Source: Candidatus Altarchaeum sp. (GTDB taxonomy: Archaea; Altiarchaeota; Altiarchaeia; Altiarchaeales; Altiarchaeaceae). Taken from it: 29,683 bases of DNA. Position 1 is the first letter of the stretch, and each line of letters opens with the position of its first letter. The stretch is taken from NCBI GenBank assembly GCA_018260615.1, contig JAGWDQ010000104.1, positions 1,845 through 31,527 on the forward strand, written 5' to 3'. This document shows, one piece after another, positions 15,553-24,920 of this stretch. Below the pieces are notes generated by a model. That model saw nothing but the letters and a program-made list of their open reading frames with translations. It was not told the DNA's origin and ran no database searches. Made by a program: the position numbers and the translations under genes.

Positions 15553-16944
15553 ATGGAAAAATTTATCAATAGAAAATACGAACTAGGCGTTCTGGAAGAG
15601 AGATTTTTGTCTGAAAGATCTGAGATGATTATAATATATGGGCGAAGACGGGTTGGAAAGACAGAATTAATACAAAAGTTTTTGACGAATGTAAGTGGAA
15701 TTTACCTGCTGGGCAGGGAGGAATCAGAGTTTGATCAATTACGGAGATTTTCTTCCATAATTGCATCACATTTCAATGATGATGTCTTATTGAAAAATCA
15801 CTTCAGGAGCTGGGATGCTCTCTTTGAGTATATAAACAGGGAATCTGAAAAACGATTGATGCTGGTTATTGATGAATTTCCCTATCTTTTGAAATCTTCC
15901 TCCGCGTTACCCTCAATTATCCAGGATTACTGGGATAATAAATTAAGATATAAAAAACTCTTTTTAGTGTTGTGTGGATCTTCCATAGGGATGATGGAGA
16001 ATCTTATGGGATATACAAGCCCTTTATATGGCAGAAGAACCGGACAATTGTTAATTAAACCATTCAGATTTAAAGACACAATGAAATTTTTTCCGCATTA
16101 TGATATCAAAGAAAAAATTCAGGCATATACAATTTTGGGAGGTACGGCAGCATATCTTTCACAGTTCTCAGATAGTATCTGTATCAAAGAAAACATTAAA
16201 TGTAAAATTTTAAGAAAAGATAATTTCCTGTTCATGGACCCTGTATTTATATTGAGAGAAGAGCTTGATGAGCCGAGATACTATTTTTCTATTCTGAAAT
16301 CAATTGCGAATGGAAACACAAAATTAGGGAACATAGTGAATGATGTTGGATTGCCAAAGGGAATTGTCGGGAAGTATTTGTCTGTGCTAATTGATTTACA
16401 CATAATTGAGAGAGAAGTGCCAGTAACAGAATTCCACCCGCAGAAGACAAGAAAAGGGTTATACAAGATAAAAGATAATTTCTTTAGATTCTGGTTTGGC
16501 TCCGTTTATCCGTATTTAGAATCTATAGAGCAGGGCAATATGGATTTTGTGCTGGATAAAGCAGTAAATTTTATAGAGAGAGTTATTCCATTTACTTATG
16601 AAGATATTTGCAGGGAATTCCTGGTGGAAATAAATCAAAAGAATACTCTTCCTTTTTTATTCTTCCGTGCCGGACGGTGGTGGGATGGAGGTAATGAAAT
16701 TGATATTGTTGCGCTGAATGAAGAAACAAAAGAAATTTTATTTTGCGAATGTAAATGGACAGAAAAAAAGGTCGGATTAAAAATTTTAAATGAATTAAAG
16801 GAAAAAGCAAAATTAGTGCAGTGGCATAATCAGGATAGAAAGGAATACTTTGCGTTATTTTCAAAGTCGGGCTTTGAAGCCGATTTAAAAGATAAGGTCT
16901 TGTTGTTTGACCTTAATGATTTATCCGAAGAATTTGAAAAATAG
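15553..16944 (+). CDS. Archaeal ATPase (ATPase_2 type) with wHTH and C-terminal DUF234 PD-(D/E)xK-like domain
   Basis: FINRKYEL, Walker A GRRRVGKT, Walker B LVIDEF, LYGRRTG, DNFFRFWF, EIDIVA...FCECKW. Confidence 0.9.
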   Translation: MEKFINRKYELGVLEERFLSERSEMIIIYGRRRVGKTELIQKFLTNVSGIYLLGREESEFDQLRRFSSIIASHFNDDVLLKNHFRSWDALFEYINRESEKRLMLVIDEFPYLLKSSSALPSIIQDYWDNKLRYKKLFLVLCGSSIGMMENLMGYTSPLYGRRTGQLLIKPFRFKDTMKFFPHYDIKEKIQAYTILGGTAAYLSQFSDSICIKENIKCKILRKDNFLFMDPVFILREELDEPRYYFSILKSIANGNTKLGNIVNDVGLPKGIVGKYLSVLIDLHIIEREVPVTEFHPQKTRKGLYKIKDNFFRFWFGSVYPYLESIEQGNMDFVLDKAVNFIERVIPFTYEDICREFLVEINQKNTLPFLFFRAGRWWDGGNEIDIVALNEETKEILFCECKWTEKKVGLKILNELKEKAKLVQWHNQDRKEYFALFSKSGFEADLKDKVLLFDLNDLSEEFEK

Positions 16945-17031
16945 AACAATGAGAAAATAAAGTGCCTGCGCGTGAGAATCCTTTGATTTTTAGAGATTCA
17001 CTTTTTTCAATAGAGTGAGAATGTTGTAAAA

Positions 17032-17229
17032 TTAGAAAGGTAACATTCCTCCTGAATTGATTCTAAACCTATTTTCTGCCTGTAATGCAAATTCTTTCCT
17101 CTTCTCCTCAAATAGTTTTTTAAATTCCTCTTCTTTTATGCCATACTTCTCACAAATATCATTTAAACTATATTCTGGCATTTCTTCAAGCTCTACTTTT
17201 TTTACCACAACCCCTTTTTCACTAATCAT
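17032..17229 (-). CDS. Small hypothetical protein (65 aa)
   Basis: Charged helical ORF with protein-like composition; no family recognised. Confidence 0.4.
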   Translation of the reverse strand: MISEKGVVVKKVELEEMPEYSLNDICEKYGIKEEEFKKLFEEKRKEFALQAENRFRINSGGMLPF

Positions 17230-17375
17230 TTTTCATTTATTTTTATATACCAAATTGCTCCTTTAAATTTTGATATTATAAATTATTTAGTAAATTAATA
17301 ATAAATTAAATTTAAATTAATAATAAATTAACTCTGTATCTCTTTTTTATTTGCTACTTAAACATTCTATAATTC

Positions 17376-17933
17376 TTAAATTTTCGCCATATCAATCTGA
17401 TAATAAATGACATCACTGTCCTTATCCACAAGAGCATAAACTAAATTTTTATTCACCGCTTTTGCGAGCCGAATATTTCCAGCGATTTCGGGAAAAGAAG
17501 AAACATATTCTTCAGGCACAACCTTAACCAAAAATTTTGAATGCATCCTGCTGCTTTGACTGTTATTATTTTCACTCCCTTTTCTTGTTTGGACACCTTC
17601 TTTTTTGTCATAGATTCTAAAATCAACGCCAAATTTAAGTCCCGTTGCCAGCATATAGCCCTTGCTCATTAAATCCCTGAAAACAACATATTTTATGTAA
17701 AAATTTTCATCATTGGTTAAATTTTTCCCTTTTTCCAGCAAGTCCTCAAAATTTATATTTCTGTCTTTATCATAGACCTCTAAAATGCCTTTTTCAATTA
17801 AATATAAACCTTCGGTTACTGAAAATCCGCCTAATTTTTTTGCTTCATCTCCTAAAAAGATATATTTTTCAATTGTGCTTTTATCTCTGCACATTATTCG
17901 TGTTCCTGATAATATTCCTCTGACTTTTTTCAT
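17376..17933 (-). CDS. endA: tRNA-splicing endonuclease
   Basis: TEGLYLIEKG, YVVFRDLMSKGY, GLKFGVDFRIY, HSKFLV and RLAKAVNK...VDKDSDVIYY; the Tyr/His/Lys triad positions appear retained. Confidence 0.93.
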   Translation of the reverse strand: MKKVRGILSGTRIMCRDKSTIEKYIFLGDEAKKLGGFSVTEGLYLIEKGILEVYDKDRNINFEDLLEKGKNLTNDENFYIKYVVFRDLMSKGYMLATGLKFGVDFRIYDKKEGVQTRKGSENNNSQSSRMHSKFLVKVVPEEYVSSFPEIAGNIRLAKAVNKNLVYALVDKDSDVIYYQIDMAKI

Positions 17934-18012
17934 CTGAAAAATTTGAGCATTAAGTAATTATCCATTCCAATTAAAATTTAACCGTAATTTCCAAATTTTT
18001 TAATATTTAAAA

Positions 18013-18189
18013 TTATCCTTCCCTAACAATGTTATCAATTAAAGCAAAGACATCAGGTAAATTTATATCGTCATCATAATTAGCAAATTTATAATATGTC
18101 CTGTTCTGGCTTAAATTTTTGTTTTCGCTTAAATATTCGGGCATTTCAACAGCATCAAAGATGTCGGTTGCTTTCGGTTGTTCAGACAT
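18013..18189 (-). CDS. Stand-alone dockerin-like mini-ORF (58 aa), duplicate of the surface-protein C-terminus; not in the ORF track
   Basis: MSEQPKATDIFDAVEMPEYLSENKNLSQNRTYYKFANYDDDINLPDVFALIDNIVREG*. 18024-18174 matches 19345-19495 (8 mismatches in 151 bp). The ATG lies 2 bp after the ATPase stop. Confidence 0.7.
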   Translation of the reverse strand: MSEQPKATDIFDAVEMPEYLSENKNLSQNRTYYKFANYDDDINLPDVFALIDNIVREG

Positions 18190-18190
18190 C

Positions 18191-19300
18191 TTAAATTTCT
18201 TTTAAAATTTCCCTGATTGCAATTAAATTTATTCTTGATTGCTGTTTAACATAGTCCTTAACACAGTCGGCAAACAATATATTTTTACTTACTAAATATC
18301 TCTTTGCAGTTTCGTTTATTTCATCGCTGTTTCTCTTTTCTGTCTCTTTAAATTTTTTCAGGGTCTCCAATAATATTTCATAACTTACAGGAAAACCTTT
18401 ATCCCTGACTTTTATTTCATCACCGAATTCCCTTACATCTCTTAAAATTGACTTTATTTCGCTCTTTCTTTCCAAAATCATCTGTTCAATGTACTTATTT
18501 CTGTCATTAGCAAGTATGTAATCCGCCAGTGTTCTCGGCTTCCCGCCAAAATAATTATAGGCAATTTCCTGTTCTTCTTTGCTGATATTGTATTTTTCCA
18601 GAAATTTCTTTGTTGTTTGTTCGTCAAAATCGTCAACCAAAATGTAATTTGCCCTTCCCTGCAGCATTGCTTCGGCATAAACCCTTTCAATAAATAATGA
18701 ATCAGATGATAAAGCAAAGACATGACAGATATGTAATTCTTTCGTTAAGCGGATGAAGAAATTAAAAACATCGTAAATTAAAAAACCATCAATCTTAATA
18801 TCTCCGATTTTTTGTAACTCATCTATTATGAATACGGGCTTTTTTCCTTCCTTCTTTATATTTTTAATTATGTCCAGAATATAGATGAAGGCATTTTTTG
18901 GTTTTTCCTCTTTAAAAATTCTGGTAAAAATTCCGTTCGGAATTGGAATTTTGTGTATTTTTCCAAGTTCGCTTATTACATCATCAACCGTTTCTTTTTG
19001 TCTTATTACAAGATTCTTAATTTTTGTAAGTATTCCTTCGTATCTGACATCAAAGATTGCTTCAAGAAAGTCCTTATATGAGGACATCGTTCTCTCCCTC
19101 AAATTAATATAAATCACAACATAGTCCTTTGGCAAGTTATCAATCAATTTTTGAATTAAAGTCGTCTTTCCTGAATTTATAGGGCCGTAGATGAAATTTA
19201 TCTCCCGCGGTTCTTGCCTTAAAATGCTCAATATTTCCTCCTTTTCTCTTTCCCTGTTAAAAAATTCAATGGAATGTTCAAATTTTTTGGTTGTATTCAT
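18191..19300 (-). CDS. Archaeal ATPase (ATPase_2 / MJ-type P-loop NTPase)
   Basis: FFNREREK, Walker A GPINSGKT, Walker B FIIDELQ, LSSDSLF, YFGGKP. Confidence 0.88.
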   Translation of the reverse strand: MNTTKKFEHSIEFFNREREKEEILSILRQEPREINFIYGPINSGKTTLIQKLIDNLPKDYVVIYINLRERTMSSYKDFLEAIFDVRYEGILTKIKNLVIRQKETVDDVISELGKIHKIPIPNGIFTRIFKEEKPKNAFIYILDIIKNIKKEGKKPVFIIDELQKIGDIKIDGFLIYDVFNFFIRLTKELHICHVFALSSDSLFIERVYAEAMLQGRANYILVDDFDEQTTKKFLEKYNISKEEQEIAYNYFGGKPRTLADYILANDRNKYIEQMILERKSEIKSILRDVREFGDEIKVRDKGFPVSYEILLETLKKFKETEKRNSDEINETAKRYLVSKNILFADCVKDYVKQQSRINLIAIREILKEI

Positions 19301-19333
19301 TTTATCTTTTGTTTTTATTTCTTTCTGTTAAAA

Positions 19334-22300
19334 TTATTGTTCGGTAACAATATTTTCAATTAAAGCAAAGACATCAGGTAAATTTATATCGTCATCATAA
19401 TTAGCAAATTTATAATATGTCCTGTTCCGGCTTAAATTTTTGTTTTCGCTTAGATATTCAAGCATTTCAACGGCATCGAAGATGTCGGTTGCTTTGTTGC
19501 AATCTACTGGACAATTTGTAGCATTCTCGCCGGGGTCACAGAAATTATCTCCACAGAAAGGAGATGTTGAACGGCAGATATTATGAACGCAATGATTACT
19601 CTCGCATTGTGTATCTTGGCTGCAGGTATCATCATTTAATAGTTTATCAGTTAAAATTAAAGGCGATTTTTGTTGAATTGAATAATTCTTTGCCAGTTCA
19701 ACTTCATTGTAATTATCAGGATGGACTATTACAGCATTTGATGTGTCCTGCCAGAACATCGGTGCAAGTTGTTTTGACAGCAATACATCACTTCCGGTTA
19801 TTCTGTATGTTTCCCTGCTTCTGTTTTGAATTTGCCTTTCCTGTTCCGAACTTATTTCAAAATAATCACCTAAAATGTAGGTTACATCTGCATTTGAGAT
19901 GTTTGTAATATTATCCTCTGTAATCACCGTACCATTTATCTTATTAGCAACAACATCTGCAAGCATTTCTCTAACTTTTGAGGCAGAAACACCGCTTGGT
20001 AAAACAAAATAAGTCCTTGGTTTTGTAAGGTAGATTCTTATTTCATGTGAGCCTGGATTATTTGCGTCAAAATTCCATGCAAAACCATTTTCAGAATTAT
20101 CCGGAGAAGGATTAACAAATTCAACATCTACATTGGAATTAACGATGTATTTTAGTCGGTCAAATTGTGATGTTACAAAGTTGTGGCTGAATGTATAATT
20201 CACGATTTGCACATCAAAAACAGCATTTAAAATTATTTGCTTTGATGTGTCATTTAAGTTTTCTTTTGTTAAAGTTATCGGTGTTATATTTTGCAATTCA
20301 AGAGTGTCAATTATTTCCTGTTTTAGTTCGGTATCATTTAAAGTTCCATTATTGTATTTTACATTTATTGTATCTGTTCCTATGGAACTTAATTGAATTA
20401 TCGCGTTAAATTCGGCCGTTGTATTGGTTTTTATTGTTATTTTATAAGTACGGTTTCCAGGGATGAAATTTGAAGGCAAATCGCCAGGAGGTGATTCAGA
20501 GGTTTGTGGAAGTGTAAAATTATCCGCATTATTTGAAATATTTGATGTTCCCATATATGCTTTGCCAGGATAATTCCAACAATTTCCAGATGCGTGTATT
20601 TTACTATATTTCCAAGTAACATCTTCCATTAAGGTTCCATTTGGATAATATGCACACGCTCGAAATACCTCTCCTTCCCAACCTTTTGAATTATCGTATT
20701 TAAAAGGATTGTTAAATTCCCCCCATAGGGTATCTAAATGTATCCACATTCCGTTACCCGTTGCGTTGAAAACTTCTAAAAGTGCATGCCCTCCACCATC
20801 TTGCCATTTTTGTGCACTCTCGTTCCAAACTCGCTTCCAAACAGTTACATATCTTGCAGGCAGACCATAAGACGATGCAAATGAAACACTTAATACTGCC
20901 CAATCTTCACAAACACCCTCTTCTTTGTTTATAATTTCGTAATCCGATGCATGCCATGCTTCACACTTTCCATCACATTTTCTTTCTTTATAAAGATTAT
21001 CAGGAATATTGTTACAGTCACTAGTACAGTCATAATCATAATTTTTGATATATCCATCAGAAATAACCTTCATTTGTCTTGAAACATCTTCCTTAGTATA
21101 TTTTGATGAAAATTCAGGAACAAATTTGTCTGCGGAAAATCCATAATTGGAAATATTTAAAAAGGAATTATTATAGATTGTATAGTTATAAAAAAAGTAA
21201 TTTGGATAAGTATATGAGTATTTTCTCAATTGTTCATCATTTGGATGAATTTTTTTAAGTCCTCCTAATCCCCCTGTATTATAACAATGATAATTTGTCA
21301 CTCCTCCTGGACAACTGCATTCACTAATATTAACCGTGCAGGTATCAGGATACCATTGCGTCCCGTCATCTTTTATACAACAATAAACATTTTGAATATA
21401 TCCCGGAACAGTCGTAGTATTAATAAATAGTTCATACTCTGATGGTGGTTTAAATAAATTATAAACTTTTCTATATAGTCCCGCATTTATCTGCGTTTTT
21501 CCGCTTATATTTACTTTTTCAAAATAGTTAACATATTTATCTTTCGTAATCATTATTCCGTACTCTCCCTGCTGCAACTTATAAGTAAATATTCCATTTA
21601 TTTTGGTCTGTCCAATTGCAGTTCCGTTGACATAAATAATTGCTCCGTCTATTGGTTCATTTGTTATGTTATCTACAACCACTAACATAAAATTGTAATC
21701 TTCTTCCTCAACAGATATGTTTCTTGATATTTTGTTATTTGATTCGTTACTTTCAGCAATCACATTTAAAGAATCCGCAGTAATTTCAATTGTATAATTT
21801 CCGAAATTAGTCGGAATAAAACTAAATGATAATTGATTAAAATATTTATTTGACATATTTATATATTTTGTCTCGTTTATTATAATGGTTCCATTAAGAA
21901 CAACTTTGAACAAAACACTAACATTTTTTAATTCCTGAACATAAATGCCTGCATCATTTTTAACGGTCAGATTTATTGAAATTTCCTGATTTTGTTTCCC
22001 GCTGAGAGGCATAGATGCCCCCACATATAAATCAGGCATAGGTCTTAAAGAAATATATATTGCCCCATAAGAATCATTATTATATGAATAAGTGGAGCTA
22101 TTATTTATATGCCCTTCCTTCTCCGCATAGAAGGTGTAATTTCCTGACGCGAGGCTGAAGAATCTTACACACCCACTTGCATTTGTATTGTTTGATGATA
22201 TTAGGATACTCCCATTATAAATTTTAACTAATGTATCATTCAGCGGCGTAACTGGCATCTCACTGTCGTCATATACACAAACTTCTAAGTATGTAGATTT

Positions 22301-24172
22301 GGCTAAAGATATGGTTAAATTAGTATGATCTCCCCCATAAATTAAAATTGACATTGTATTAGGAATATATTCCTCTTTACTAACCTTTATACAATAGTTT
22401 CCCTGTTCTAAGGTAAATTCAAAGTAACCGCTACTATTTGTATGAGTTGAATTTATTAAAATTCCAGACGGTGTACATTTTGTATATAATTCAACAAGGG
22501 TGTTCTGAATTGACATGTTTGTTTCACTATCAATAATGTGTCCATAAATTTTTGTTTTTCCGCAAAGCCAAGAGCATCCATTCATACTACTCGTGTCATT
22601 CCACCCGTTTGAATTGTTACAAGTGTTATTATCCCCGGAACTTGAAAGCCAATCACTTGAGTTAAAGTCCAAATTTGTATTTCCGCAGACATAATTGTTA
22701 TTTATTGTTGAAGTTGAATTTTGCGAGTAAATCCCAATGCCATTACTTGAAATGTTATTACCTTCTATTGTATTGTTCGCGTTTCCATCACCATAACCAA
22801 AACCATAACCAAAACCCTGATTACTCACTTCAATTCCAATATCAGAATTATTAAAAATTCTATTGTTTGAAATTTTATTAAAATTTGAATTATTAAACAG
22901 ATCGATTCCATAACTATTTGAATTTACGATGTTATCAGATAAGTTGTTGTTTGAAGAGGTAAACAGAAAAATTCCTGTATCCCAATTTGAATTTATCGTA
23001 CTATTTGTTATGGTGTTATTTGAGGAATAAGAGAACCGAATTCCATACTTAAAATCACTAACCATACAATTCTTTATTACATTTTCTGTTTTTCCATCAA
23101 GGTAAATTCCGTAATCTGTTCCGATGTCATCGCCGTCTATCGTATGTCCCTGACAATCAAAAACCTTGTTATTAAACCCAGCAGGATTATCAATACAAGT
23201 CCCCGACCAATTAATTATATCACTTTGCATTCTAACTTCATTACAGTTAGCGTCATTCAATGCCTGATTAATACAGGTGCAGTTTTCACCGGTGTTTATT
23301 GTGCAGATGCCGGCGGTGTTTGTGTAGCAGGTACCACAATTTGTACATATTTTAAAGCACAAATATCCCAAATCACTAATATTCACCTGTTCATTGCCTA
23401 TAGGAACATATTTGTCATTTACATAAGTTCCCGAATTATTTACAGTTACATTGTAAATTTTGCAATCCTTACAGCATCCATAAGGAGTCGTGAATTCAAT
23501 AGTTCCTTTGATAAGGACGCTGTTATTAATAGTTGCATTAATTACATATGCACCCTGTGGAAGCGTTGAATTTATAATATTTGAGTTCATAACACTATTA
23601 TTTTGTAAAGTGCTGCCAGATATCTCTGAATTATTAACATTATAATAACCTATTATTGTCGAATTTGAGATATTTGAATTTAAAATTTTATTAACATTAA
23701 AAGATGCTGTATTGTTAGCAATTTTTCCTCCAGCACTCGTACTAGCTTTTATGTTATACTTTCCAGCATTCCAGTTATTAGGTATTTGCCAGAATATTAC
23801 ATAATAATAAGTACTATTACCTCCATACTGGTTGCAATTATCATACTTTTGAGTTAATGTAACATTAATATTATAACCACTGCAATTATGAGGTCCATTG
23901 TATGGTACCAATATTGGCAAAGAACAGGATAAAGAATTTCCATCCGTTATGCTAAAATTTACACTGTCTAATGCGCAAGCTCCTGATTGATCTACTACCG
24001 TAACATTAAACTCAATTTTTACAACATCCCCTGCATTATATGTCTGATTATCAGTTATTATTGAAGATACAGAAACATCTGCCAGTGCGATATTTAAAAT
24101 CAATATTGCGAATATAAGACCAAAAATTACACCTAAATTTTTTCCGTTTCTTAAAATTTTTATACTTTTCAT
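19334..24172 (-). CDS. 1612-aa secreted/surface protein: Ig-like, beta-helix, carboxypeptidase-regulatory-like, CARDB, PEGA-like, transglutaminase-like, Cys-rich and dockerin-like modules
   Basis: Signal peptide; NosD-like repeats; TNSSGYFEF; PDLYV...ITADSLNVIAESNESNN; GVCEDWA / GHALLEV / WIHLD triad; CGDNFCDPGENATNCPVDC; DIFDAVEMLEY...DINLPDV. Confidence 0.8.
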   Translation of the reverse strand: MKSIKILRNGKNLGVIFGLIFAILILNIALADVSVSSIITDNQTYNAGDVVKIEFNVTVVDQSGACALDSVNFSITDGNSLSCSLPILVPYNGPHNCSGYNINVTLTQKYDNCNQYGGNSTYYYVIFWQIPNNWNAGKYNIKASTSAGGKIANNTASFNVNKILNSNISNSTIIGYYNVNNSEISGSTLQNNSVMNSNIINSTLPQGAYVINATINNSVLIKGTIEFTTPYGCCKDCKIYNVTVNNSGTYVNDKYVPIGNEQVNISDLGYLCFKICTNCGTCYTNTAGICTINTGENCTCINQALNDANCNEVRMQSDIINWSGTCIDNPAGFNNKVFDCQGHTIDGDDIGTDYGIYLDGKTENVIKNCMVSDFKYGIRFSYSSNNTITNSTINSNWDTGIFLFTSSNNNLSDNIVNSNSYGIDLFNNSNFNKISNNRIFNNSDIGIEVSNQGFGYGFGYGDGNANNTIEGNNISSNGIGIYSQNSTSTINNNYVCGNTNLDFNSSDWLSSSGDNNTCNNSNGWNDTSSMNGCSWLCGKTKIYGHIIDSETNMSIQNTLVELYTKCTPSGILINSTHTNSSGYFEFTLEQGNYCIKVSKEEYIPNTMSILIYGGDHTNLTISLAKSTYLEVCVYDDSEMPVTPLNDTLVKIYNGSILISSNNTNASGCVRFFSLASGNYTFYAEKEGHINNSSTYSYNNDSYGAIYISLRPMPDLYVGASMPLSGKQNQEISINLTVKNDAGIYVQELKNVSVLFKVVLNGTIIINETKYINMSNKYFNQLSFSFIPTNFGNYTIEITADSLNVIAESNESNNKISRNISVEEEDYNFMLVVVDNITNEPIDGAIIYVNGTAIGQTKINGIFTYKLQQGEYGIMITKDKYVNYFEKVNISGKTQINAGLYRKVYNLFKPPSEYELFINTTTVPGYIQNVYCCIKDDGTQWYPDTCTVNISECSCPGGVTNYHCYNTGGLGGLKKIHPNDEQLRKYSYTYPNYFFYNYTIYNNSFLNISNYGFSADKFVPEFSSKYTKEDVSRQMKVISDGYIKNYDYDCTSDCNNIPDNLYKERKCDGKCEAWHASDYEIINKEEGVCEDWAVLSVSFASSYGLPARYVTVWKRVWNESAQKWQDGGGHALLEVFNATGNGMWIHLDTLWGEFNNPFKYDNSKGWEGEVFRACAYYPNGTLMEDVTWKYSKIHASGNCWNYPGKAYMGTSNISNNADNFTLPQTSESPPGDLPSNFIPGNRTYKITIKTNTTAEFNAIIQLSSIGTDTINVKYNNGTLNDTELKQEIIDTLELQNITPITLTKENLNDTSKQIILNAVFDVQIVNYTFSHNFVTSQFDRLKYIVNSNVDVEFVNPSPDNSENGFAWNFDANNPGSHEIRIYLTKPRTYFVLPSGVSASKVREMLADVVANKINGTVITEDNITNISNADVTYILGDYFEISSEQERQIQNRSRETYRITGSDVLLSKQLAPMFWQDTSNAVIVHPDNYNEVELAKNYSIQQKSPLILTDKLLNDDTCSQDTQCESNHCVHNICRSTSPFCGDNFCDPGENATNCPVDCNKATDIFDAVEMLEYLSENKNLSRNRTYYKFANYDDDINLPDVFALIENIVTEQ

Positions 24173-24330
24173 TTTTAGTAAAATAATAAATCCTTAAATT
24201 TAAATATTTAATATTATAAATTATCCTTACGAATTATTATTATAGTGAATTTTTCAACTTTTGATTGTTTAATTTGAACATCACTATTAATAAATATGAG
24301 ATGGAGGAAAAATTTATAAACGAAAACAAT

Positions 24331-24523
24331 ATCACCTCACTACCATTCGGAGATTTTCAAAAACTTCGTTTTTGAAATACTGAAAATTCTTTGAGAATTT
24401 TCAATCTTTAAAAAATCTATGAGATTTTTTAAATAACCTCGCTTCGCTCGGATATTTAAAATTTTATGCAAATTTTAAATAACCTCATTTCATTCGGAGA
24501 TTTTCAAAATGAAATTTTGAAAA
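24331..24523. repeat. REP-like array: three cctc-N7/8-tcgga units and five perfect AT-rich hairpins
   Basis: Stems 24355-64/24368-77, 24381-90/24394-403, 24407-18/24422-33, 24454-64/24470-80 and 24501-10/24514-23. Units are acctcactaccattcgga, acctcgcttcgctcgga and acctcatttcattcgga. Confidence 0.85.
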
Positions 24524-24920
24524 TTATCAAAAGATAGTAAAATGGCTATATAAATAAATATTAAATTTCTCCCTCGTCTTTTTTGAATCTGAGTGAACCG
24601 CCCCGTTTTTCCTTTTCTCTTATTCTCCCAATACTTTCACATTTCCTTTTCACTTCTTCACTTCTTATCCCCCCCGCCCCTCATCACCTCACCCTTACTA
24701 CAACACAATCCTCAAACTATTTCAAACCCCAAATGGAACCACAACAACAGAACACAAAAACCCCGCAAAGCCAAGACCCTTCCCAATTTAAGACCTGCAT
24801 TCGTCACAGTTTTTCATAATATTCCGCATCCATCTCTCTGTTATTATTTCCCAAATTCTTGATATGTTTTTCTTCCGGACCCTTCCCATCCTCGCTAAAA
24901 ATCCTTCCCGAATTTCATAC

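Noticed and set aside
22780-22820. 12-bp repeat encoding GFGYGFGYG in the surface protein
   Set aside because: Only two units inside a beta-helix loop; ordinary microduplication.
24331-24523. CRISPR array
   Set aside because: Units are degenerate and unevenly spaced, and the intervening sequences are self-complementary stems rather than unique spacers. No cas operon is present.
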